NCBI GenBank assembly: GCA_001788215.1
Contig: MGAO01000032.1
Coordinates: 184-44,877, forward strand
Length of the DNA: 44,694 nt
Reading direction: 5' to 3'
Origin: Candidatus Roizmanbacteria bacterium RIFCSPLOWO2_01_FULL_40_14
Lineage (GTDB): Bacteria; Patescibacteriota; Microgenomatia; GCA-001788215; 2-01-FULL-40-14
Below the pieces are notes generated by a model. That model was given only the letters and a program-made list of their open reading frames with translations, searched no databases and was not told where the DNA came from. Below are positions 9,479-18,782 of this stretch, piece by piece (the first letter of the stretch is position 1; every line of letters begins with the position of its first letter). The position numbers and the translations under genes were made by a program.

Positions 9479-10571
9479 TTTTCGAATAGCGCTTATTTAC
9501 GACCGGATAAATAAGTGGGGTGGGGCGGAGCGGGTTCTTTTGACGCTGCACGAACTATTTCCCGACGCACCGTTATACACCGCTGTCCATGATAAAGAAT
9601 CGGCTTCCTGGGCAAACGTATTTAATATACACACCTCATTTTTGCAGAAATTTCCCTTTGCGACAAAACATCATGAGTGGTACCCGTGGCTGACGCCTCT
9701 CGCATTTGAATCGTTTAATTTTGATTCTTTTGACGTCGTATTATCCGTTACCAGTGCAGACGCAAAAGGTATTATAACCAAACCACATACGAAACATATT
9801 TGCTATTGTTTCACGCCGACGCGCTATCTGTGGTCTCATTACGAAACCTATTTTCCGGATCGGCTGAGTCGCACATTCACGAGGCCAATCATTTCATATC
9901 TTCGAAAATGGGATCGTATAGCTGCATCAAGACCGGATCACTATATTGCTATTTCTGAAACGGTAAAAAGTCGTATTAAAAAATATTATCATCGGGATGC
10001 AGAAATTATTTATCCACCTGTTGAAATTCCAAAAAAGACTGTCTTTTCAGATCTGAAAAGACAGTCTTTACCAAAAAATTATTATTTAGTCGTTTCCCGA
10101 TTAGTTCCATATAAACGGGTAGATATTGCAATTAAAGCCTGCAATGAGCTTGGTCTACCATTACTTATTGTTGGTACGGGATCAGATGAAACAAGACTGC
10201 GATCTCTGTCCGGACCGCATATCCAATTCATACATAACTTGACGGATGATGAACTCGCCTGGTATTATCAGCACAGTCAAGCACTTATCTTGCCGCAAGA
10301 AGAGGATTTTGGACTCGTTTCGGTAGAAGCACAATCATACGGAACGCCGGTTATTACATACCAAAAAGGCGGAGGAACAGAGTCTGTTGTCAGGGGGAAA
10401 ACCGGCGAATTTTTTTATCCACAGACAAAAGACGCGCTGAAAAAAACATTAAAAACATTTAAGAAAGTAAACTACAGACCAGAAGATTGTAAAAGAAATG
10501 CTCGAGAGTTTAACGATGAGAAGTTTAAAACGAATATGCAATTAGCCATATCAAAACTAATACACTCATGA
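9462..10571 (+). CDS. Glycosyltransferase family 4 (WbaZ-like mannosyltransferase)
   Basis: GGAERVL, YCFTPTRYLW, VSRLVPYKRVD and EEDFGLVSVEAQSYGTPVI motifs. Confidence 0.9.
   Translation: MSKKSNFRIALIYDRINKWGGAERVLLTLHELFPDAPLYTAVHDKESASWANVFNIHTSFLQKFPFATKHHEWYPWLTPLAFESFNFDSFDVVLSVTSADAKGIITKPHTKHICYCFTPTRYLWSHYETYFPDRLSRTFTRPIISYLRKWDRIAASRPDHYIAISETVKSRIKKYYHRDAEIIYPPVEIPKKTVFSDLKRQSLPKNYYLVVSRLVPYKRVDIAIKACNELGLPLLIVGTGSDETRLRSLSGPHIQFIHNLTDDELAWYYQHSQALILPQEEDFGLVSVEAQSYGTPVITYQKGGGTESVVRGKTGEFFYPQTKDALKKTLKTFKKVNYRPEDCKRNAREFNDEKFKTNMQLAISKLIHS
10034..10069. repeat. Perfect 36-bp palindrome within GT4 coding sequence
   Basis: aaagactgtcttttcaga|tctgaaaagacagtcttt. Confidence 0.9.
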
Positions 10572-11653
10572 ATATAGTCGTTTTTGCGGGGGGAGTCGGT
10601 ACGAGACTGTGGCCGCTTTCACGTAAAAAAACTCCCAAACAGTTTGAACAGATTGTGGGCGATAAATCGACGCTTCAACTTGCTGTTGAGCGTTTGTTGC
10701 CTTCATTTGACACAAAACATATGTTTATTTCCACAAATAGGGAATACGTCCCGACCGTTTTATCACAATTGAAAATGATTCTCAAGGATAACATCATCGG
10801 CGAACCTGAAATGCGGGATGTGGGACCTGCGGTTGGACTTGCGACAGCAATCTTGGCAAAAATCGATCCAGAATCACCCATGGCCATTGTATGGAGTGAT
10901 CATCTGGTAAAGCAGGAAGATCTCTTTCGGAAAATATTAACTATCTCCCAAAAACTCATAGAACAACATCCAAACAAAATAGTATTTATATCTCAGAAAC
11001 CGAGATTCGCAAGTCAAAATCTTGGGTGGATACAGTATGGATCAACCGTAAAAACGGTTGAGGGGATTAACTTTCATACATTTGAAGATTTTAAATATCG
11101 TCCGGACCCAGAAACAGCAGAGAGATATTTTGCAAGTGGTCATCACGCATGGAACGTTGGTTACTTTGTAACAACGCCCAAATATCTTTTTTCAAAATAC
11201 AAACAGTTTGTTCCGGACATGTATGAAAAACTGAAGGAAATCCAATCATCGTGGGGAACAAACAAATGGGATGAAACCGTTAACACTCTGTATCCATCTT
11301 TGATAAAAATACATTTTGACAATGCAATTCTTGAGCGATTGCCGAAAGATGAAGCATTTGTTGTTTCAGAAGACTTAGAATGGAGCGATGTAGGAGCATG
11401 GGAAGCTTTGAAAGAAGCACTGCAAAAAACGTCAACTGATAACGTTACCAGGGGAAATGTCATTCTTGAGGAATGTAATGATAGTCTTGTTTATAACTAT
11501 AATGATAAGCAGCTGCTCATAGCTATAGACACATCAGAGCTTCTCGTCGTTAATACAAGCGATGTAGTTCTGGTTTGTCGCAAAGACTCAGTGCCAAAGA
11601 TCAAAAAACTCGTTGAAGGGTTTTCCGGCACTCAGCATGAGCATCTGACATAA
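10568..11653 (+). CDS. manC: Mannose-1-phosphate guanylyltransferase
   Basis: AGGVGTRLWPLSRKKTPKQF, GEPEMRDVGPA, WSDH and WSDVGAWEAL motifs. Confidence 0.88.
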   Translation: MNIVVFAGGVGTRLWPLSRKKTPKQFEQIVGDKSTLQLAVERLLPSFDTKHMFISTNREYVPTVLSQLKMILKDNIIGEPEMRDVGPAVGLATAILAKIDPESPMAIVWSDHLVKQEDLFRKILTISQKLIEQHPNKIVFISQKPRFASQNLGWIQYGSTVKTVEGINFHTFEDFKYRPDPETAERYFASGHHAWNVGYFVTTPKYLFSKYKQFVPDMYEKLKEIQSSWGTNKWDETVNTLYPSLIKIHFDNAILERLPKDEAFVVSEDLEWSDVGAWEALKEALQKTSTDNVTRGNVILEECNDSLVYNYNDKQLLIAIDTSELLVVNTSDVVLVCRKDSVPKIKKLVEGFSGTQHEHLT

Positions 11654-11673
11654 TTTCCTCAACGATCTTCACC

Positions 11674-12333
11674 GTGGAACACACATTATCACCGACATAC
11701 TATGAACAAATTAAACGGATGATTGATCTTGTCGGTTCCTCATTACTTATTATGCTGTTTCTACCTATATGTCTTATGACAATAGTCTTAATTACATTAA
11801 CGAGTAAAGGACCTATTTTTGCAGATACACCTCACCGGGTCGGTAAAAACGGGACATTATTTAAAATGTATAAATTCAGATCAATGATTGTTAACGCACA
11901 TCATCTACTCAGGAATGATCCTAAATATCGTAAACTCTATCAGCAATACAAAAATGATAGCTATAAATTGAAAGAAGATCCGCGAGTTACGCCGATCGGC
12001 AAATTTATCCGGAAACATTCCATTGACGAAATACCGCAATTAATCAATGTCATACGCGGAGAAATGAGTCTGGTTGGGCCGCGTGCATATTATGCTGACG
12101 AATTGGCCGATCAGCAAAAGAAATATCCGGAGACAAAGCAACTGGTGGCCGAAGTGCTGTCGATTAGGCCGGGTATTACCGGTGCGTGGCAGGTTTCCGG
12201 ACGAAGCGAGGTAAAATTTGATAAGCGCATCGCCATCGATGCAGCTTATGCGCGAAAGAGATCAATTTGGTATGATATCATAGTTCTTTTAAAGACTCCT
12301 TTCGCCATGATCAGTGGAAAAGGTGCAGTTTAA
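11674..12333 (+). CDS. Initiating polyprenyl-phosphate sugar-phosphotransferase (Bac_transf family)
   Basis: KRMIDL, FKMYKFRSM, DPRVTPIGKFIRKHSIDEIPQLINVIRGEMSLVGPR and PGITGAWQVSGRS motifs. Confidence 0.93.
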   Translation: MEHTLSPTYYEQIKRMIDLVGSSLLIMLFLPICLMTIVLITLTSKGPIFADTPHRVGKNGTLFKMYKFRSMIVNAHHLLRNDPKYRKLYQQYKNDSYKLKEDPRVTPIGKFIRKHSIDEIPQLINVIRGEMSLVGPRAYYADELADQQKKYPETKQLVAEVLSIRPGITGAWQVSGRSEVKFDKRIAIDAAYARKRSIWYDIIVLLKTPFAMISGKGAV

Positions 12334-12359
12334 AAAATAATACGATATACTAAACACTT

Positions 12360-14420
12360 ATGGCAGAAGACTTTACACTTAAGAAACTGGGAGCAGAGAA
12401 CAAAGAACCAATCGTAAAGCGGAAATCACCGGGTGATATGATGAAAAGTTATATCAGTGCTGATATCCCTAAATTACACAAGAGCAGCATCAATAAGATA
12501 ACAGTCAGTCTGCCGAAACAAGATACTATGGTGACCAAAAGTAATAGAGGTAAAAAAAAACCGTGGGTTAAGCGAGTTATGCGAGTAGCATTGATCGTAT
12601 TGTTATTATTCGTCGTTCTTGCTGTTGCCATTGCATTACCGGCTCGCAAGATCGTGAAAGAGGCGCAGGATGTTACCCGGGTGGGTACAGAAGCTTTAGA
12701 AGCATTGAAAATGCAGGATCTTGAGCAGACGAAAGTAAAGCTTACCGAAACAAAGAAAGAATTGACAGAGCTTCAAAATTCCTACAAATCTCTTTCCTGG
12801 ACAAAAATTATTCCACTCGTTGGCGGCTATTATCGTGATGGTGAGCATGGGATGAATGCGGCACAGGAGTTTATAACAGCCGGTGATATTGCCGTTACTG
12901 AAATCACCCCCTATGCAGATCTTCTGGGATTTTCTGAAGGTGAATCTTCCTTTGTTGATCAGCCAGCAGACAAGCGCATCGAAACAGCAATTGCAACATT
13001 TGATAAAGTAACACCGAAAATAGGCGAAATTTCACAGCATCTCGACGCAGGAAGCAAAGAGCTTGATCAAATAAACCCAAAAAGATATCCAAAAAAGTTC
13101 CAGGGTAAAGAAATCCGATCGAAGATTGAGGCGGTCCAATCACTTTCTCATGATACTATTGACCTCTTTGTAAACGCTCAGCCACTTCTTGAAATACTCC
13201 CTGAACTTATGGGTATGGAAGAAGAGAAACGTTATTTGCTTCTGTTCCAAAATGATAAAGAATTGCGGCCAACCGGAGGGTTTATCACGGCGTATGCAGT
13301 CCTCATATTTGACAAAGGAAAAATGCGCGTTGAAAATTCTTCAAATATTTATGATCTCGACGATCGACAGAAAACTAATATAAAAGCTCCCGAAGAGATT
13401 CTTACGTATCATAAAGGTGTCTATTACGCATATCTGCGTGACAGTAATCTATCCCCTGACTTTTATGAAAGCATGCAAATGTTTGAGGAACTCTTACAGA
13501 ATGTTTCTAATCCACCTAAATACGATGGTATTATTGCGCTGGATACCGAAGTTCTCGTGGCAACCATGGATGTTCTTGAGGGGGATATATTTGTACCGGA
13601 ATATGGCGAGAACTTTACCACAAAACCCGATGATCGATGTGATGGATGTCCGATGGTAATTTATGAGCTTTCAGACTATGCCGGCCGTCGCGTCGGTCAC
13701 GTACGTGACAATAGAAAGGATGTTCTTGGAAAACTTATGTTTGCCTTGATGCAAAAAGCATTGGGTGTTTCACCCAGTCAATACTGGGGTTCTCTCATGC
13801 AGACTTTTTTTGATCAGATAAATGAAAAACACATCTTGTTTTATATGAAAGATGGACCCACTCAACAGGCGCTTGAAGCAGTTGATTTTGCAGGACGCAT
13901 TAAAGAATACGATGCAGATTATCTTCACATCAACGACTCAAATATGGCCGGGGCAAAATCAAACCTGTTTGTTCAGCATACAGTAACGCAAGATATAGCA
14001 GTAGAGAATGATCGTACGGTTACGAAAACTATTACTATTGATTATAAAAATCCTTCAGAGCCGTCAGATTGTAATATCATGAATGAAGGATTGTGTCTCA
14101 ATGGACTTCTTCGCAATTGGCTCAGAATTTATGTGCCGAAAGGATCAGAACTGGTCAGTTTTGAAGGATCGGAAACTGAAGTAGTGACCAAAGAAGATCT
14201 GGGAAAGACCGTATTTGAAGGATTTATGACGGTTGCGCCGAAAGGTTCTTCTCAAGTGGTCGTCAAATATAAATTGCCGTTTAAAGCAGATAACGAATAT
14301 CGTATGCTTATTCAGAAACAACCCGGCACTAAAGGACACGAATATATCATCAAAATTAATGGAAGAGAAAAAGAAACATTCAACTTGACGACTGACAAGG
14401 AAGTGCGATACGATCTATAA
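12360..14420 (+). CDS. DUF4012 family membrane-anchored protein
   Basis: Single TM, then helical region, then YLLLFQNDKELRPTGGFI, RDSNLSPDF, NMAGAKSN, WLRIYVPKGS and IQKQPG. Confidence 0.85.
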   Translation: MAEDFTLKKLGAENKEPIVKRKSPGDMMKSYISADIPKLHKSSINKITVSLPKQDTMVTKSNRGKKKPWVKRVMRVALIVLLLFVVLAVAIALPARKIVKEAQDVTRVGTEALEALKMQDLEQTKVKLTETKKELTELQNSYKSLSWTKIIPLVGGYYRDGEHGMNAAQEFITAGDIAVTEITPYADLLGFSEGESSFVDQPADKRIETAIATFDKVTPKIGEISQHLDAGSKELDQINPKRYPKKFQGKEIRSKIEAVQSLSHDTIDLFVNAQPLLEILPELMGMEEEKRYLLLFQNDKELRPTGGFITAYAVLIFDKGKMRVENSSNIYDLDDRQKTNIKAPEEILTYHKGVYYAYLRDSNLSPDFYESMQMFEELLQNVSNPPKYDGIIALDTEVLVATMDVLEGDIFVPEYGENFTTKPDDRCDGCPMVIYELSDYAGRRVGHVRDNRKDVLGKLMFALMQKALGVSPSQYWGSLMQTFFDQINEKHILFYMKDGPTQQALEAVDFAGRIKEYDADYLHINDSNMAGAKSNLFVQHTVTQDIAVENDRTVTKTITIDYKNPSEPSDCNIMNEGLCLNGLLRNWLRIYVPKGSELVSFEGSETEVVTKEDLGKTVFEGFMTVAPKGSSQVVVKYKLPFKADNEYRMLIQKQPGTKGHEYIIKINGREKETFNLTTDKEVRYDL

Positions 14421-14425
14421 TCGGT

Positions 14426-14947
14426 ATGAAAAAATACACCGTACACGGTATTATCGTTAAACGTCGAGAGCACAAAGAAACTGATAAAATCGTAACGATT
14501 GTTACGAAACAACAGGGTAAGCTGTCCGTTCTCGCAAAGGGTATACGCAAAGTGACGAGCAGACGTGGTCCGAGCCTCGAACTATTTAATGAAGTTATTC
14601 TGACACTCCACCGTGCTCATTTTCTCGATATAGTAACTGAAGTAACCGTGGTGAATGCATACAGCAGAATTAGAAATGATTTACAGCGCGTATCGGCGGC
14701 TTATGAGCTATGTGAAATTGCTGATATTCTGACTCGTGAGCATCAAGAACAGCAGGAAGTATTTGATTTGCTCTGTGCTCATCTGCATCGGCTCAACGTG
14801 GGAGACCTTGATTGCCTATATGAATTTAAGCGTGATATATTAATGACATTGGGTTTTTTATCGGACGAAGAAGCATTGATTGAATTTGATGAATATATCG
14901 AGCAAATAGCCGAACGCCGGCTGTATGCTCCCAAAATTTATGAATAA
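14426..14947 (+). CDS. recO: DNA repair protein RecO (short form)
   Basis: GIIVKRREHKETDKIVTIVTKQQGKLSVLAKGIRKVTSRRGPSLELF OB-fold signature. Confidence 0.9.
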   Translation: MKKYTVHGIIVKRREHKETDKIVTIVTKQQGKLSVLAKGIRKVTSRRGPSLELFNEVILTLHRAHFLDIVTEVTVVNAYSRIRNDLQRVSAAYELCEIADILTREHQEQQEVFDLLCAHLHRLNVGDLDCLYEFKRDILMTLGFLSDEEALIEFDEYIEQIAERRLYAPKIYE

Positions 14948-15404
14948 AAATTTATTGATTGGCGGAGGCATTGTTGTCCTCATTCTCAGTGGTTTTTTTG
15001 TTTTTCGCATGATAAGTAGTGGTGAAATAGCTGAGGAAGAGATTACGCCGACTCCCACGCCTACACCGGCTTATCAAGAAGTGGATGACAGTGTAGAAGC
15101 AGAGATTACTATGCAACCGAATGGGAAAAATGTTGATATTACCATTACCGGCCTGGACGGTAGATTTGAATCAATGGAGTATGAGCTTTCCTATGATACC
15201 GATAAAGGACCAAAAGGTGTTATTGGGAAAATGCCATTAAAAGCAGGACAGGATAGCGTCGAGAGAGAAGAGCGACTGGGCACTTGTTCAACGGGAGGAA
15301 AATGTACCGATCATACCGGTGTTGAAAACTTTAAGCTTGTCGTAAAATTCTACACCGCAGACGACGAAGTATTTATTCTGGAAAAAGATTTTGAAGAAGT
15401 ATAA
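14940..15404 (+). CDS. Hypothetical membrane-anchored surface protein with TPTPTP linker
   Basis: N-terminal TM, EITPTPTPTP, beta-rich domain with YELSY and LGTCSTGGKC. Confidence 0.7.
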   Translation: MNKNLLIGGGIVVLILSGFFVFRMISSGEIAEEEITPTPTPTPAYQEVDDSVEAEITMQPNGKNVDITITGLDGRFESMEYELSYDTDKGPKGVIGKMPLKAGQDSVEREERLGTCSTGGKCTDHTGVENFKLVVKFYTADDEVFILEKDFEEV

Positions 15405-15521
15405 CCTCTCTATACTACTCCTCAACGGGATTTTGACATCTTCTTTCCCCAAATGATTTCTAACTGCATTATTTAGCCAAGAGTAATTATGGTGCTGGTG
15501 ATAATTGATCCACTATATCCA

Positions 15522-15566
15522 GTGTTGACAGGGGATCCGAAGTGGTTTATTATGGTTGAAAGTGGT
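15522..15566 (+). promoter_or_regulatory. mraZ promoter with putative MraZ-binding direct repeats
   Basis: TTGACA (15525-30)-N17-TATTAT (15548-53); 10-bp-phased GTGTT/GGGAT/GTGGT/ATGGT/GTGGT at 15522, 15532, 15542, 15552 and 15562. Confidence 0.75.
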
Positions 15567-15577
15567 GGAAGAAAGAT

Positions 15578-15979
15578 ATGTTTCTCGGAAAATACGAAGC
15601 AGCACTGGGAGAAAAGAAACGAATTACTCTTCCGTCAAAAATTGTTAAGTACCTTACCAAACAGAGCGTTGTCATCGGAAAAGGGTTTGAAACGTGCATT
15701 TATGGATACGAACTTGGTGCGTGGGAGTCATCGACTCGGCAATACATTGATGCGCCGCTTCTTGATAAAAAAGCACGGAGCGTGCGAAGATTTATATTTT
15801 CAAATTCGGTTGTTGTACCCTTTGATAAGCAAAGCAGAATCGTTATTCCACCCTTTCTGATCGATTACGCAGGGCTGTCAAAAGAAATAATAGTGGTGGG
15901 AAGTGGTGATCATTTTGAAATATGGGATAGCCTGAAATGGCAGAAAGAATGGGAACGACTGGAGTCTATCGATGAATGA
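15578..15979 (+). CDS. mraZ: Division/cell wall cluster repressor MraZ
   Basis: MFLGKY...KKRITLPSK, DKQSRIVIP and VVGSGDHFEIWD; lies directly before rsmH. Confidence 0.93.
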   Translation: MFLGKYEAALGEKKRITLPSKIVKYLTKQSVVIGKGFETCIYGYELGAWESSTRQYIDAPLLDKKARSVRRFIFSNSVVVPFDKQSRIVIPPFLIDYAGLSKEIIVVGSGDHFEIWDSLKWQKEWERLESIDE

Positions 15980-16811
15980 CCATACACCAGTACTTTTACA
16001 AGAAGTTATCGAAGCGCTTAACGTTCAACCAGGGAAGAAATATATTGATGCAACGGTGGGAATGGGAGGACATGCACGAGAGATTGTCAAGAAAGGTGGA
16101 ATTGTTTTGGGGATAGATCGTGATCAAGAATCGCTGGATCAATTACGAGTTAACGAATCCCAATTTCACCTTGCTCACGGCAGTTTTCGAGACATCAAGG
16201 AAATTGCATACTCTCAGAACTTCGTTCCGGTTGATGGAATTCTTTTTGATCTTGGCTTTTCAAGCTGGCAGTTAGACAAAGCTGGTCGCGGATTTAGCTT
16301 TATGAAAGATGAGCCACTTGACCTGCGATTTGATCGGAATACTATACAAATAACCGCTTCTGAAATTTTGAATACGTATTCCCGAGAAGAATTAACGGCA
16401 CTCTTTGCACGATACGGAGAACTTGAAGAAGCAGGAAAAATTTCAGAACTCGTGGTGAGGAATCGACCGATCAAAAAGACCAGCCAGCTCAATGCAGTGA
16501 TTGCAAAAGATCTTACCGAGCATATGGTATATCGATTGCTCGCACGTATATATCAGGCGCTTCGTATAGCCGTGAATGAAGAATTACGTCATATTGAAAT
16601 TGGACTGCTGGAATCAATTGATTTACTGTGTCCCGGTGGACGATTGTGTGTCATCAGTTTTCACTCGCTGGAAGACCGAATTGTAAAATTAGCTTTTAAC
16701 GATTCTCGGCTGAGAGGGATAACAAAGAAACCGATTACTGCATCGAAAGAAGAAATACATCAAAATTCACGAGCGAGAAGCACAAAATTGCGCATTGCAG
16801 AAAAAATATGA
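15972..16811 (+). CDS. rsmH: 16S rRNA m4C1402 methyltransferase
   Basis: HTPVLLQEV, DATVGMGGHA, DLGFSSWQLD..RGFSF and ISFHSLEDRIVK motifs. Confidence 0.96.
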   Translation: MNDHTPVLLQEVIEALNVQPGKKYIDATVGMGGHAREIVKKGGIVLGIDRDQESLDQLRVNESQFHLAHGSFRDIKEIAYSQNFVPVDGILFDLGFSSWQLDKAGRGFSFMKDEPLDLRFDRNTIQITASEILNTYSREELTALFARYGELEEAGKISELVVRNRPIKKTSQLNAVIAKDLTEHMVYRLLARIYQALRIAVNEELRHIEIGLLESIDLLCPGGRLCVISFHSLEDRIVKLAFNDSRLRGITKKPITASKEEIHQNSRARSTKLRIAEKI

Positions 16812-17083
16812 AAAAAAATATATTGGTCGTACTATCGACCATCATTGTCATCACGCTATTTAGTGGACAACTTATTGTTTCAAATAGGTTAGCTACCATG
16901 GGGGCGGCATTGACTGAAATGGAAGTTCAAACTGACGAACTGCTCAAAGAGAATGAAGAACTCTCTCATCAAATTGCTTCCGATTCCTCTTTGATGGTAG
17001 TATCCAATCGAGCCGCTGAACGAGGATTTTCATCCGCAACGGTACGGTATCTTGAACGACCTGCCTTCGCCTATCAACCATAA
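16808..17083 (+). CDS. ftsL: Probable cell division protein FtsL-like
   Basis: Short TM followed by a coiled coil, located between rsmH and the PBP gene; synteny-based. Confidence 0.6.
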   Translation: MKKNILVVLSTIIVITLFSGQLIVSNRLATMGAALTEMEVQTDELLKENEELSHQIASDSSLMVVSNRAAERGFSSATVRYLERPAFAYQP

Positions 17084-17085
17084 TC

Positions 17086-18756
17086 ATGGTACGTCTTCGT
17101 ATTGTTACGGTTTTAATCGCGGGAGCATTTACTCTCATATGGCTTCGCTTATTTTATTGGCAAGTATTGTCACATGAACTCTTAAGCAACCTAGCTGACA
17201 ATCAACATTTTTTCCGGCTTGAGATTCCTCCGGCGCGCGGAGAGATACGATCACGTGATGGGACTCCTCTGGTTGCCAACCAGACGGCATATCTCGTGTT
17301 TGCCGAAAAAAAATATGTTGACGATATTGAAGAGTATTCTGAAAAATTAGCACCCATTCTTGAAGAGGAAGAAGCTTCCATTTCAGGCTTACTCAATGAA
17401 CACGACGTGTGGGTACCCATAAAGCATCAAGTTGATGAGCAGACGGTTGATAAGATAAAAGAGTTGGAATTGGCAGGTTTAGGTTTTGAACGTGAAGACA
17501 AACGTTTTTATCCTGAAACATCCATGGCGGCGCATTTGCTCGGATTTGTCGGAAAGGATGCGTTAGGGAAGCCGAAAGGATATTTTGGTCTTGAGGGATT
17601 TTATGATAAAGAATTGGCCGGACAACCGGGTTTTTTACTTCAAGAGCGAGACGCCTATGGAAATCCTATTGTTATTGGAAAAATTGATCGAATTGAGCCA
17701 AAACACGGAAGATCGTTAGTGTTGTATCTGGATAAAACGGTCCAGTTTATCGCCGAGACAAAACTAAAGAAAGCGCTTGAAAAATATGGTGCAAAGGCGG
17801 GAAATGTGGTTATTTTGGATCCAAAGACGGGAGGCATTTTAGCATCTGCATCATACCCAAACTACGATCCACTCCTATTTTCCGAATTTCCGGATGAATA
17901 TTATCGTAATCCTATTGTTGCGGATACGTATGAGCCAGGATCGACATTTAAGCCGTTAGTGATGGCAAAGGCCTTTGAACTTAAGAAGCTCAAGCCGACT
18001 GATACCTATGATGAATCGGGGCCGGTTACGGTTTCCGGCTATCAGATCAAAACGTGGAATAGTGAATATCACGGTAAGATTTCCATGTCGGAAATCCTAC
18101 AGTATTCTTCAAACGTCGGCATGGTATATATTTCTAGCATGTTGGGAAAAGATGGTATGCTGAGCCTTCTTTCAGATTTAGGGTTGGGTTCAAAGACGGG
18201 CATTGATTTGCAGGAAGAGGCCGAGACGTTCATGCGTGACGAAAACGAATGGCGCGATATAGATTTAGCAACGACATCATTTGGCCAAGGGATTGCGATA
18301 ACGCCCATACAAATGATTCGTGCTATAGCGGCTATTGCAAATAATGGCGTTCTTATGGAACCTCGTTTAGTAAAAGAAATTGTGTCTGAGGACGGAAAAA
18401 AAATTGAAATACCTCCTAAGGAAACAAGAAGACTCTATTCTGCTCCGACGGCGAAAGTAATTGCGGAGCTCATGGTAGATGCGGTAGAGTATGGCGAGGC
18501 ACAATGGACTGTTACTAAAGGATTTAGAATCGCGGGAAAGACGGGTACAGCACAAATACCGGTCGAAGGCCATTATGATTCTGACAAAACAATTGCATCA
18601 TTTGTCGGCTTTGGTCCGGTTGAAAATCCCCGATTTGTCATGCTTGTTACGTTACGTGAACCCACTTCTTCTCCCTGGGGATCAGAAACGGCCGCTCCGT
18701 TATTTTTTGACATCGCAAACGAACTGTTTCCCTATTTTGGTATGTATCCTCAATAA
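17086..18756 (+). CDS. ftsI: Class B penicillin-binding protein (FtsI/PBP3-like)
   Basis: RGEIRSRDG, RFYP, YEPGSTFK (SxxK), SSNVG (SxN) and GKTGTAQ motifs. Confidence 0.92.
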   Translation: MVRLRIVTVLIAGAFTLIWLRLFYWQVLSHELLSNLADNQHFFRLEIPPARGEIRSRDGTPLVANQTAYLVFAEKKYVDDIEEYSEKLAPILEEEEASISGLLNEHDVWVPIKHQVDEQTVDKIKELELAGLGFEREDKRFYPETSMAAHLLGFVGKDALGKPKGYFGLEGFYDKELAGQPGFLLQERDAYGNPIVIGKIDRIEPKHGRSLVLYLDKTVQFIAETKLKKALEKYGAKAGNVVILDPKTGGILASASYPNYDPLLFSEFPDEYYRNPIVADTYEPGSTFKPLVMAKAFELKKLKPTDTYDESGPVTVSGYQIKTWNSEYHGKISMSEILQYSSNVGMVYISSMLGKDGMLSLLSDLGLGSKTGIDLQEEAETFMRDENEWRDIDLATTSFGQGIAITPIQMIRAIAAIANNGVLMEPRLVKEIVSEDGKKIEIPPKETRRLYSAPTAKVIAELMVDAVEYGEAQWTVTKGFRIAGKTGTAQIPVEGHYDSDKTIASFVGFGPVENPRFVMLVTLREPTSSPWGSETAAPLFFDIANELFPYFGMYPQ

Positions 18757-18767
18757 AGACAGTCTTT

Positions 18768-18776
18768 TGTTATAAT
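18768..18776 (+). promoter_or_regulatory. Extended -10 element before murE (probably leaderless)
   Basis: TG-T-TATAAT, 6 nt upstream of ATG 18783; no Shine-Dalgarno. Confidence 0.6.
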
Positions 18777-18782
18777 TGGTTC

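Noticed and set aside
15489..15860. 123-aa ORF overlapping mraZ, and the other short alternative-frame or antisense ORFs in the track
   Set aside because: They are shadows of well-supported genes and have no motifs of their own.
16143..16157. ttacgag-ttaacgaa in rsmH as another heptamer array
   Set aside because: Only two imperfect units; cannot be told from chance.
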